From Mobula hypostoma (lineage: Eukaryota), in contig NC_086097.1 in the NCBI RefSeq assembly GCF_963921235.1, positions 155,002,001 to 155,066,000 of the forward strand: a stretch of 64,000 nt of DNA, in the 5' to 3' direction. The notes under the pieces are model-generated. The model had not been told where the DNA came from. It made no database searches and worked only from the letters and a program-made list of their open reading frames with translations. Positions 25,005 to 37,062 of this stretch are shown here, piece after piece (position 1 is the stretch's first letter; each line of letters opens with the position of its first letter). The position numbers were made by a program, and so were the translations under genes.

Positions 25005-25390
25005 AGAAAGTGCAAATGCTGGAATCTGGAGCAACAATCTGCTGAAGGAATTCAGTGGGTCAAGCAGCATAGAGGGATGATAGGAATTGTCCACATTTTG
25101 GGTTGAAACCCTGCATCGGTCCTGAGAGAAGAGAGGCATAATGGTCAGTATAAAGAGGGGCTGGGGAGTAGTGAAACACCAGTCCCAGGTCATTAGTGGA
25201 TGTGGAGGGATATAAGATGATAGACAGGGAAAGGGTGCAGGGGTGGAGCTGGCATACTGTGGCAGGTGAATGATTGATGAAGACAGGCAAAGATACAAAG
25301 GGAAAAATATAGAGGAGAGGGATCTAGGCTAGGGAAAGAAAGTGTGAAGACTGAAGACAGCTGCTGGAGGAGATAAGCAGGAACACAAAG
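25005..25390 (-). mobile_element. Penelope-like element 3' end: pyrimidine-rich tract plus degenerate hammerhead-bearing terminal repeat
   Basis: Minus strand CCGATGCAGGGTTTCAACCCAAAATGTGGAC followed by the family 3' segment. The adjacent tract resembles 61890-61970 of the PLE in composition. Confidence 0.6.
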
Positions 25391-25442
25391 AGCTACCACC
25401 TCATCTGAAAAAACACAGTCACTGACAAGATAGCACTCTCTC

Positions 25443-27366
25443 TGTCAGTATGTTCAGATATGGCCCAAGTGCAAAGGGAGAGATACTGAAGCGGGTCAAT
25501 AGTTCACAGATTTTAAAGCAAACAGGATTTTAAAGGGGAAAAAAAACCATAACACTCAGCCAAACAGGGCCAATAACTAAAACTCTCATGAAAACTGGAT
25601 GCCAACACTCCGGCTGAAAGTAATTTCTAAATATAAAATGAATACTGCTAGTCTTCAGCATCATTCGACTCGATAGTCCACTTTCTCAGGCAAGGCCGAA
25701 TGCAAGCAGGCAGTGTAATGTTACTGTGCTTTGCTCAAGTCTCAACAAGAGCTACAACGAAAGAAGGGAGTTAAATACCGCCATAGTAATTAGCTGACAC
25801 GTGAATATTCAAAAGCACAATTAACCAGTCTGCTGCTCACCCCGCCTGCAGGGGCCTGTACACCCTGCAGCCCAGTTCATGGTTGTGACAGGGCCCTCCT
25901 CCCTTGGTGCAGCTCCTGAGGTACCACAGACCTGGGTCTTCTGGAAGTCCTGGATGAGCGACTTGTCCAAGATGTCCTTTGCAGGGATCCAAGAGCTTTC
26001 CTCTGGACTATACCCTTCTCACTCCATAAGGTACTGGACCGTACCCCAGACCCGGTGAGATAGGAGGCACCACATAGTATAGACTAGGGAACCATCTACC
26101 AAGCGGGGAGGAGGGGGAAGTGGGGTGACTGGGTCTAGGGGAGAGGCAATAACCAGCTTGAGCTGGGAAACATGAAATACTGGGTGGATCTTCATTGATG
26201 CAGGCAGACACAATCTATATGATACCTTGTCGATGGCCTTTTCCACTACAAATGGTCCACATAGCACAGAGCCAATCTGCAGCTCTCAACTTTCAGGGGA
26301 AGATCCCTTGATGTCAACCAGACTTCCACTCCTGGCTTGAAAGCCTCACATGTCAGCGGAGATGATCAGCCTGCCAGGCACGTTGTTTCTGGGCGTGCAG
26401 CAGAGAAGTCCCAGCTCATCTCCATGTGCGCTTGTAGTGCTGGATCAGCTGTACAGCAGCAGGAACTCCTACATCAATCTCCTGGTCAGGGAAGAGCAGT
26501 GGATAGAATGTCTTCTAGCATTCAAAGGGAAGCATACTAATGGAGAACAAATGGAGATTATTATGTTCAATCTCTACCCAAACCAGTTGGGAGCTCCAGG
26601 ACATGGTGTTGGAAGAGGCAAGGCAGCGCAGGGTTGTCTCCAACTCCTGATTCACTCTCTCAGTCTGGCCTTTGGATTGGGGGTGGAAACCAAATGAGAG
26701 GCTGGCCATGGCTCCTACAAGAAAACAAAGTCTTCAAAAAGCGAGAAGTAAACTGTGGTCCACAATCAGACACTATCTGAGGGAAGACATGGAGCCTGTA
26801 CACATGTTGAACCATGAGGGTGGCAGTCTCATGAGCCAGTGGGAGTTTAGAGAGGGCAATGAAATGGGCAGCCTTGGAGAACTGATCCACAATGACCAAA
26901 ATGGTAGTGTTTCCATTAGATGAGGGAAGCCCAGTGATGAAATCCACTGAGAGGTGGGACCAGGGGAGGTGGGGCACAGGCAGCAGACATAGCAGACCCA
27001 CAGGATGCTGGCATGATGTCTTGTTCTGAGCACGGGTGGGGCAGGCAGATATGAAATCATGGACATCCTGGAACGTAGATGGACACCAAAATCGATCTTA
27101 ATAAACTCCAAGATCTGTTGAGTTTGCGGATGGCCAGCCAGAAGGGAGGAGTGGCCCCATTCCAACACTTTGGAGGTCACCGTAGCAGGGACAAATAGCC
27201 TGTTGGGAAGTCCCCCACGCGGTCATGGTTCCAATAGTTGGGTGACTTCGCCTCTGCCTCTGTTCCGCAGATCACCGGAGCAGCAATGCACAAGCAAGGA
27301 ATGATGGGCTTTGGGTCGGCATTGTCCTCAGATCCAGGCCCTGTAGCCGAGCCTGTGGTTGTGACA
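25443..27366 (-). mobile_element. Ty3/Gypsy chromovirus-type LTR retrotransposon, internally deleted (integrase and chromodomain remnant, 3' LTR, stub of 5' LTR)
   Basis: Integrase motifs HSSLLAGHP, PWSHLSVDFITGLP, IVSDCGPQFTSRF, FHPQSKGQTERVNQELE, GPF...IHPVFHVSQLK and chromodomain [36 protein letters not shown] precedes the 3' LTR (25890 to 25443, TG...CA). 5-bp TSD ctctc at 25438-25442 and 27367-27371. Confidence 0.92.
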
Positions 27367-27789
27367 CTCTCAATACTATATTATGTATCAGCTTGGATAG
27401 TGCACTGATATCTTTGGAAAGGGGAATTGAACCACAAGCTTCTAGTTAATATGAATGATGACACCAACCTAGAGCAAGGCGAAACTCCATGCACTGAAGT
27501 TATTGCAAGTAGCAGCTGCCAAGTATCAGCTTACAATCTCTATGCATTTTTTAAGATATCTGATAAGGAGACATCCATGATTGTCTTCTGTTCCAAATAA
27601 AAGAGTTTGAAGATTCCTGAATAAATATTGAATCACTTCAGAAAAGTGTGGCATCATTGGAGAAAAATGAGATCACTGCAGGTGATAATAGTACCACAGG
27701 GAAGAGACCAGTACTGGTTTTGGCTGGTGTCTCAGCTTTGCAGAGAGCAAACCAAGAGCCACAAGGATTTGTCTTCAGGTCTCACTTAT

Positions 27790-28110
27790 TACTGTAGGAG
27801 AGGTTGAATAAGTTGTAGAGAAGTATTTAAAATGAAGGGGTAAAAGTACAAAGGAGATGTGAGAGGCAAGTCTTCTACACAGAGAGTGGCAAGGACTAGG
27901 ACTGCACTGTTGGGGTGTTGGTAGAGGCAAATAGTAGAGGAGTCCATGAGTGACTCTTAGAAAGACACAGGGATATGAGGAGCAGGGAGGGATATAATCA
28001 ATGTGCAGGGAAGAGGGATTAGATTAATCCGGATTCATCAGTTTAATTACTTCGGCAGAACACTTAGAGCAAAGGCCCCGGCCTGTTCTGCACTGTTCTA
28101 TGTTCTATAA
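27790..28110 (+). mobile_element. CR1 3' fragment
   Basis: Tail ggcctgttctgcactgttctatgttcta. Confidence 0.65.
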
Positions 28111-28639
28111 GCTAGGTGCTGGTAGGAGGTTGGATTAGGATGTATTCTGCTCTCTTTAGTTCAACAAGAAAAGCCATGTAATGAAAATGTGAAACTAGCT
28201 GTAATCAGAGGTCTTAGGCTGTTAGAAATACTGAACTTAAGCAGACTGGAGCCTGACTGGCTATTGACTAACCATAAGACAGAGGAGCAGAAATAGGCCT
28301 TTCGAACCATTAAACCTCCTCCACTGTGACTGATTTATTTTTCCTCTCAACCCATTTTTCTGCCTTCTCCCTAAAACCTTTAACGTCACTCCTAAACAAG
28401 AACATATCAACCTCTGCTTTAATAATGGCATTCACAGCCATCTGTGGCAATGTTACACATATTCATCTCCCACTGGTTAAAGAAATATTTCTTCATCTCT
28501 GTTTATTGGTAGTTAATATAACAGAGTCCTTAAGTACTGACTAGGCATGATGTTAACTGGGGAATTAATATCTGGCTTGTGTGAACCCAGAGAACACCTC
28601 AAAATGAACACAATTTAATGGTGAGCCTTGGTAATTTGT

Positions 28640-30020
28640 TAAAGCTTTCCCATTGTTATGCCCTATATCGAAGAAAGGCCATACTAGTGTTGGAGAGGGT
28701 CCACAGGAGGTTTACAAAAGGGTTAATGTATAAGGATTGTTTAAAGGCCTGGGTTTGTACTTGCTTGAGTTTAGACGAATAAGGGGGATCTCATTGTAAC
28801 CTACCAAATATTAAAAGCCTATGTAGAGGAGATGAGGGGAGAATGTTTCCATTTGTGTGAGAGTCCAGGATCAGAGGATACAGTCTCAAAATAGAAGGAT
28901 GCCCCTCTCGAACAGAGATGAGGAAAAATTTCTTTCTCCAGATGGTGAAGGATCTGTGAAATTTATTGCCACAGGTGGCTGTGGAGGTCAGATCTTTGGG
29001 CATACAGTTAATTGGGCCATCAGTTGATCAGGAATTATTTGCGACAATTCCTAACGAAAAAAACCAAATCAAGAAAATGTCCAGGATTCCTTTTATTTAT
29101 TTTGGACACTTTGCCACTTAATTGGGAGAAGAGATTGTCGCAGAACACTTTCTAACTAGCATCAGTCACATGTATATTGTGTGGTCATTAGATAATACAC
29201 CGTGCTTAGAGCGAACAGCTTTTAAATAACATCAGTTGTGTGCACTTATGTTCAAAAAGCAATAGCTGATCTTGTCACTGATAGTTGGTCAGTAATGAAC
29301 AGTAAGGCAATTCAGAACTGTTTTGTTTAGTGTGTCTCAGTGGCTTGAAGATGCTAGAAATGGCCAGGAGTGAAAATTAAATGATTTCACCACTTCAGCA
29401 TTAGGAATTATGAAGAATTTGAATGTATTGATTGATAATTATCTTGAATGTTACAGTGAAATTGAAGATTTGGCGGATGAAATCATTGGAAGCATTGTTT
29501 TAAGGCAGTCCACTATCTGCAGTAGGTGTCTGTGTTGATTTTGTTCATTTGCAGTCAATCAAAAGAACACATCAGTATTCACTGACTGATTCCTCTGTAG
29601 ATAACTATTAGAAACTAATACACAGATTTCTTGTATTGTGATAGTTTTGGTAATGTTCTAATTTGTTCCGTATTTCATTAAAGTACAAGATTTGTTACTC
29701 AGTTAAGTGGTAGTTTATCTTTTTCATTCCTTTTTAACTATTTCCATGAAACTTCAGTTAATTAGGGCAGCCGTTTAATTGGGCCAAACTGTGCTGGCCC
29801 CATTGTGTCCCAATTAACCGGAATCTACTAACTGAAATTCCATAAACCAGAAATTAAAGCGGAGGTTGCTCTTGATTGAAATGGGCAAATGCTACAGGCA
29901 GAAGGCAGGAGAATGGAGTTGACAGAGAAAAAAAATCAGACATGATTGAATGATGGAGCAGACTTGATGGGCTGCAGAGCTTAATTCTGCTCCTATGTTT
30001 GATGGTCTCATTGTCTTAAT
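28640..30020 (+). mobile_element. CR1 3' fragment split by a DNA transposon at ~29004-29835
   Basis: CR1 sequence ...gctgtggaggtcagatctttgggcata stops at 29004 and resumes as ttaaagcggaggttg at ~29854. Tail aattctgctcctatgtttgatggtc. Confidence 0.7.
29004..29835 (+). mobile_element. Tigger/pogo-like non-autonomous DNA transposon (~830 bp)
   Basis: Inverted ends ta|cagttaattggg ... cccaattaaccggaatctact, repeated subterminal ttaattggg motifs, inserted after TA. Confidence 0.65.
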
Positions 30021-30104
30021 TTTGTCTTTGTGCCATGCCTAAAAAGAGGCTCAATTGATATCAATGGACTTCAAATTCAAACTTCACTATGAAAGGGAAA
30101 AACC

Positions 30105-30495
30105 AAAATCAAAGTTCAAAACAAAATTTATTATCAGAGTACATATATGTCATCACACACAACACTGAGATTCTTTGTCCTGCGGGCATACCTAGCAAAT
30201 CTATAGAACAGTAACTGTAAACAGGATCAATGCACAACAAACTGTGCAAAAGGAAAATATAAATAAATGTCAATAAATAATAAGTATGAAATGAAAGAGC
30301 ATGAAATAGCAAGAGAAAGAGTCCTTAAAGTGAGACCATTAATTGTGAAAAAAACAGAAATAGAATGATCGTAGTTATCCCCTTTTGTTTAAGAGCCTGA
30401 TGGTTAAGGAGTAGTAACTGTTCTTGAACCTGTTGGTACAAGTCCTGAGGCTCTTGTACCTTCTACCTGATAGCAGCAGCAACAAAAGAGAAAAA
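30105..30495 (-). mobile_element. Rex1/Babar 3' end fragment
   Basis: Tail tcaaagttcaaaacaaaatttattatcagagtac and shared 3' UTR. Confidence 0.7.
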
Positions 30496-31664
30496 AACTG
30501 GAAGACAATTTTTGCATTCACTGTTACTAAAGTGGATTATGCCTCCTACTGGTGTATCAGCCTAGTGAATAACAAAAGAATAAGTGGGCAGGGAATTATG
30601 CTACCAGATGTAACACCCAGATTGTGGGCCAAACAGGGGTGTTGTAGTTGGCTTCAGTGTCACCTTTATAAGGAAATGTATAAACTGGCCAATAGTGAAA
30701 CACCACACTACCCTCCAATGCTGAGCAACCTGCATTGGAAAGGAATCTGTCAGGGTTAGGGTTTGGTAGTCCATTTCCTCAACCACAGTCTATTAGTTAC
30801 CATGATTAAAAAGCATGCCACTAAGCGTACATTCGAATAATATTCACATGACTGAAGTTAAAAAGAAGAGTAGAACCTGTCGAACAGGGCCGAGCAGAAT
30901 TCAATTCACCAAGGAATAATTAGTCATAGAACTTTAAACTAATACAGCATAGAAACAAGCCTTTCAACCCAACTCATCTTTGCAATCTCCTGATTTTTCC
31001 TCATTTGGCACAAGTCAATCTTATTGCTGCCTTATTGAGACAATACCTTTTGAAGATGTCCTTAATGGTGAGCAAACTGGTGCCCATGATAGACCTAGCT
31101 GAGTCCACAACACTCTATGGCGTTTTTTTTAATCTTGTGCATCAGAGCTAGGTGGTAATGCAACCAGTCAGAATGCTCTCCACGGTATATCTGTGGAAAT
31201 TGGCGAAATTCTTTGGTGATGTACCAAATCTCCTCACACTGCTAATAATATGTAGCTAATTAACCAGGCCTAATTAAAACGTAAGCATTTTTTTTTCTTA
31301 GAGGTCAACAAAGAATATGTTGACTCTGAAGAATCTCTCATGGAAGGTTCCTCACTTATGGACATAACCTTGTCTCCTGTCTGAAAACGTGAAGGTTACC
31401 AACACATCCTGAATGGTTATAGTAATGGAGTAGTTCCAGAAGTGTCTCCACTGGCATGTCCGTAGAAGGAAAAAAAACCTACAGCTGAATTCTGCTGGAA
31501 CTATTTGATCTATGAACATAGAATGCATCTGAGGAACCTACAGCTAGTTCTGAATCAGCTCAGTCTTTTCTTCCCTGTTAGGAATGTAAATAATGTGTAA
31601 AGCACCTTGGTATCGTGTGAAATTCTCCATGTTCTACTGGGAATGTTCAATGACAGCTTTGGTT

Positions 31665-32200
31665 TCAAAGTTTGAAGTAACTCTATTATCGAAGTACGTA
31701 TAAGTCACCATATACAATCCTGAGATTTATTTTCTTAGGGGCATACCAGGTAAATCCAAGAAACACAATAGAATCGATGAAAATCTTCATCCAACAGGAT
31801 GGACAAACAACCAATATGCAAAAGACAACAAGTTGAGCAAACAGAAAAGAAAAATAAGTAAATAAGCAATAAATATTGAGAACATGAAATGCAGAGTCCC
31901 TGAAAGTAACTTCATAGGTTGTAAGAACATTTTAGTGATATGGTGGGTGAAGTTGAGTAAAATTGAACCCACTGATTCAGCAGACTGATGGTTAAGGGAT
32001 AATAACTGTTCCTGAACCTAGTGGCATGGACCCTGAGGCTCCTGTACCTTTTTCCTGTTGGCAGCAGTGAGAAGATAGCATGTCTTGGTCCTGGGTGTCC
32101 TTGATGATAGATGCCATTTTCTTGCAACAGCACTCCATGTAGATGTGCTCAATGATGGGGAGGGCTTTACTCGTGGTAGACTTTTTGTAGGATTTGGATA
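31665..32200 (-). mobile_element. Rex1/Babar 3' end fragment
   Basis: HAIFSLLPTGKRYRSLRVHATRFRNSYYP in ORF 31912-32133. Confidence 0.78.
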
Positions 32201-32499
32201 CTTTGAGGTTTTGAGCTCCAATTTACATGGATATGAATGGGGAAAGGGAGTTACATGAATTATGACATTAGATGTGTGCCTGACCCCAGCAAACAAATCA
32301 GGTGTACTAATGTGCATAATGTGATTCACACACAGAAGTGTACAATTTAATTTGGTAATTGATAATTGGTTTATTATTGCACCAAGATTCACTAAAAAGC
32401 TTTGGATTGCATAAGTACATTGAGGTACACAGAAGGAAAAATAAAAACAGAATTTAGTGTACAGTTTTTTTAGTTACAGAGAAAGTACAGTGCAGATTG

Positions 32500-32504
<5 letters not shown>

Positions 32505-32544
<40 letters not shown>
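32505..32544. repeat. (AT)20 microsatellite
   Basis: Perfect AT dinucleotide run. Confidence 0.97.
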
Positions 32545-32546
<2 letters not shown>

Positions 32547-32869
32547 GCTATTCCCCCTGATAATTAAGGTCTAGCCTGAAGACCAGTTTGATGTTATCTA
32601 TGGACTTAACGTTGTTGAATGCCTATAATTTACATGGTACATGGTTCAAACACAAAAATTAACAGTAACCTTAACAATAACCTATCCATCTTCCCTGCAT
32701 GGGACAGTTATCCTGGAGAGTTTCTCTCATCCTAATGGTGAGAGGTCACCTGGAAATGTTAACAAATCAATTGCGGTAAAGACTGTAAATATTGTTGCCA
32801 TGGTAGAGATCAGCCAGCTCAACACAGACCAGATCAAACCATATGTTTACCAGCCCTGTACTTTTTGGT

Positions 32870-33008
32870 AAACACAAGAGATTCTGCAGATGCTGGAAAT
32901 AGAGGAACACACTCTAAATGCTGGAAGAACTCTGCAGGTCAGAAAGCATCTATGCAAAAGAAAAATAAGTTGGCACTTTGGGCTGAGACTCTTCATCAGA
33001 AGTGAAGG
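32870..33008 (-). repeat. Penelope-type terminal repeat with partial hammerhead core
   Basis: Minus strand CTGATGA (32999-32993) AGAGTCTCAGCCC AAAGTG; the GAAA box is damaged. Confidence 0.7.
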
Positions 33009-33999
33009 AATTTCTTTAGCCAGAGGGAGTGAATCTGTGAAATTCATTGCAACAAATGGCTGTGAAGACCGTCATCGGGTAAAATTGGATCAGCTGTGAT
33101 GAAATGGTGGAGAACTCAATCGGCCAAATGGCCTAATTCTGCTCCTATGTCTTATGGTGTTATGGTATATTTAAAGTGTGGGTTGATGGGGTTTTTAAAT
33201 TAGTAAGGGTGATGAAGGTTACGGGAGGAAGACAGGAAAATGAGCCTGAGAGGGATAATAAATCAGTCATGCTGGCAAGGTGCAGCAGTCTCAATATGCC
33301 GAATATCTTAATTCTGCTCCTATGTCTTATGGTCTTATACTAGACTTAAATTCAACAGTGGGATATTAAAAAGAAGGCAACAATTGAAAACCAACCAAGA
33401 CAGCTGTGGAAGATAAATTCAAATACTGAAAAAATTGGGAATAAAATTCTGGTGTTAGGAATGGCAACCTTGAATATTTGAAAGACTCATTTAGTTTGTT
33501 ACTGCTATTCAAGGAAGGAAATCTGGTGTTCTTACCTGATCAGTTCTATACTCCAGACTCACAAACGCCATTGCTGCTAAATTGCCTTCTGAAATGCCAA
33601 GCTATTCAGGGGCAATTTATGGAATTAAAGAAGTAACCCACAACCAATACTCTACAGTCCCTAGTCAAGAGAGACAACATTTTTCAGTTTTGTCTTCAAG
33701 TTATTTTCTTTCTTTATGATAAGTACACAAACCATTCTTCAGCTGCATGATAATTTTCTATACTACATTCAAAAGACTGTCAAGCAGTAATTCCTTATAT
33801 ATTGTCACTCATGTTTATAGATCTGTCCTTGCAGTATTTTTCCACAATATGCAAAACAGACAGAACATACAGTAGATGTTATGAATACAGATTTCTATGA
33901 TCCAGCCTCAAGCATCCGTAATCAGTATCAAGAATTTAGATGCATTAAGCTATAAAATATCCATTCATTGGAAGCACGAGGTAGAAGTGCAATTTCCTG

Positions 34000-35537
34000 A
34001 GGGGACCTATGTAACATCTTCAACATCTCTTGAGCAGCGCTGAGATTCCTATATGCTTCAAGGCCGTGACCATCGTCCCTGTGCCGAAGAAGTCTTCAGT
34101 GTCCTGCCTCAACGACTACCATCCTGTTGCACTCACATCCCTCATCATGAAGTGTTTCAAGAGGCTCGTTATGAGGCACATCCAGATCCTGCTGCCCCCC
34201 TCACTGGACCCCCTGAGGTTCGCGTACCATCCCAACCGTTCAACAGACGATGCCATTGCCATCACCCTCCACCTGGCCCTAACCCACCTGGACAAAAAAG
34301 GCATGTATGTTTGAATGCTGTTCATAGAATGCTGTTCAGCATTCAATACAGTCATTCCTCAGAAGCTGACTGGAAAGCTGAGCCTGCTGGGCCTGAACAC
34401 TTCCCTCTGCAACTGGATCCTTGGCTTCCTGACTGGGAGACCTCAGTCAGTCCGGATTGGAAGCAGCCTCTCCAACACCATCACACTGAGCACGGGGGCC
34501 CCCCAGGGCTGTGTGCTCAGTCCACTGCTGTTCACTCTGCTGACCCACGACTGTGCTGCAACACACAGCTCAAACCACATCATCAAGTTCGCCGATGACA
34601 TGGCCGTGGTGGGTCTCATCAGCAAGAACAATGAGTCAGCATACAGAGAGGAGGTGCAGCGGCTAACGGACTGGTGCAGAGCCAACAACCTGTCTCTGAA
34701 TGTAAACAAAACTAAAGAGATTGTTGTTGACTTCAGGAGGACACAGAGCAACCACTCTCTGCTGAACATCGACGACTCCTCCATAGAGATCGTTAAGAGC
34801 ACCAAATTTCTTGGTGTTCACCTGGCAGAGAATCTCACCTGGTCCCTCAACACCAGCTCCATAACAAAGAAAGCCCAGCAGCATCTCTACTTTCTGCGAA
34901 AACTGAGGAAAGTCCATCTCTCACGCCCCATCCTCACCACATTCTACAGAGGTTGTATTGAGAGCATCCTGAGCAGCTGCATCACTGCCTGGTTTGGAAA
35001 ATGCACCATCTCGGATCGCAAGACCCTGCAACGAATAGTGAGGTCAGCTGAGAAGATCATTGGGGTCTCTCTTCCCACCATTACAGACATTTACAACACA
35101 CACTGCATCTGTAGTGCGAACAGCATTATGAAGGACCCCACGCACCCCTCATACAAACTCTTCTCCCTCCTACCATCTGGCAAAAGGCACCAAAGCATTC
35201 AGGCTCTCACAACCAGACTATGTAACAGTTTCTTCCCCCAAACCATCAGACTCCTCAATACCCAGAGCCTGGACTGACACCAATCTACTGCCCTCTACTG
35301 TGCCTATTGTCTTGTTTATTATTTATTGTAATGCCTGCACTGTTTTGTGCACTTTATGCAGTCCTGGGTAGGTCTGTAGTCTATTATAGTTTTTGTGTTG
35401 TTTTACGTAGTTCAGTGTAGTTTTTGTATTGTTTCATGTAGCACCATGGTCCTGAAAAATGTTGTTTCGTTTTTACTGTGTACTGTACCAGCAGTTATGG
35501 TCGAAATGACAATAAAAAAGTGACTTGACTTGACTTG
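34000..35537 (+). mobile_element. Rex1/Babar-clade LINE, young 5'-truncated copy with a largely intact RT
   Basis: 320-aa ORF 34315-35277 ([26 protein letters not shown]) plus upstream ORF 34030-34314 ([17 protein letters not shown]). Tail aataaa...(gactt)n. 9-bp TSD aatttcctg at 33991-33999 and 35538-35546. Confidence 0.95.
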
Positions 35538-36591
35538 AATTTCCTGGAACATCCATCTCACAGAAAACCCAGATCAGGGACCCTCTTAGTTTGATGTGTT
35601 CTCTGGCACTGTGCTTTATGTCAGACATGCAACTCTGAATCATTGAAGATTTGGACTTCTAAAATGCAGGACATCCTAAACTGCACATAAATGTTTAAGT
35701 GCAGCAATTACTTTGGGCAAAACAAGATCATCTGGCAGCAACTCTGTGAAAATAATGAACAGAATAAGAGTTTCTCCAATGTTCAGCAAGAAAATAATAT
35801 TTCATAGCTTCTATTTCATTCTTTGTGAAACCATAAGACTCTGAAAAATTAGATGGAGTCTTGGTTTAATACGTCATCCCATATCCAGCATTTCCAGTCG
35901 AGGAGGAAACTCAGCAGCATATTTAGTAGTATCCTCAAGTCTCTAAGCACTTTAGACTCTGGATCTAGACTTCAACATTATAACCTTCTAACCCAGAATA
36001 TACAGCAAATGTGGAATATAAATATGGTTAAGGAATGGATTTTCTGATATGCAGGTTTTGAGCATCTCACAAGCATAAACTGCATTGAATTCATTAGTTC
36101 AATAATTTATAAAATTGAGATAATAATTTCTTCAGGATTGGGATATCACTAGAAATGATAACATTTTCTATTTTCCCTAACTGTCATTAAGCATCTTCAT
36201 GAATCCTTCCAGTCCTCTGGTAAAGATACTCCCAAACTGTTGTTGGGCAAGATCTCCAGGAACTATACCTACTGTAGCAACAATGAAGGGATGATGATAT
36301 ATTTCCAGGTCAGGATGGCAGGTGACCTGGAAAGAAACCTAGAGATGGTGGTCTTCTCATGAATTTGCTGCCCTTGTCTTTCTTGTAAAGTGTTGTCAAT
36401 GCCTAAGCAACTGTGGGGAATTTATAAGTGGCACATGCTGCAGACACTGTGTACAAGTGGTGCAGGGAATTAATACTTAGAGCGGTTGATAAAGTGGGCT
36501 ATTTTGTCTTGGATGGTATTGGGTTGTTTAAGCTGCATTCATCCAGGCAAGTGGAGTGTATATCTGGTGCAAGGTATGACTCCTTTGGTGA

Positions 36592-36800
36592 CGCAAGAGA
36601 CTGCAGATGCTGAAATCTGGAGAACATAAAATCTGGAGATCCTGAAATCTGGATGTACTCTGAGGCAGCATCTATAGTTGAAGTTCCAGTCCTGATTAAG
36701 TGTCTCAACCTAAAATATGGACTGTTTATTTCTCTCCATTGGTGCTGCCTGACTCACTGAGTTTCTCCAGTGCTGTTCTGTGTTGCTCCATGATTCCATC
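36592..36800. repeat. Inverted pair of Penelope-type terminal repeats, old and degenerate
   Basis: Minus-orientation copy 36592-36676 followed by plus-orientation copy cagtcCTGATTAagtgtctcaacctaaaatatgGACTG... to ~36800. Confidence 0.6.
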
Positions 36801-36873
36801 AGTGTGTTTTCCCTTAGTGCCTATTGTCAACATCATTACCAGAGCTCTTCAGTGGCACACTCAGTTAAGTACG

Positions 36874-36994
36874 CAAACAAGAGAAAAACTGCAGATGCTG
36901 GAAATCCAAAGCAATGCACACAAAATGCTGGAAGAACTCAGCAGGCCAGGCAGCATATATGGAAAAGAGTAAACAGTCAACTTTTTGGGTTGAG
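36874..36994 (-). repeat. Penelope-type terminal repeat fragment
   Basis: aacaagagaaaaactgcagatgctggaaatcc...ggaaaagagtaaacagtc. Confidence 0.75.
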
Positions 36995-37062
36995 TGCGTG
37001 TTTTTTGTATGTGTTGTTTCCAAATACATATCTGATGTCAAGGGCAGTCAATATCACACACA

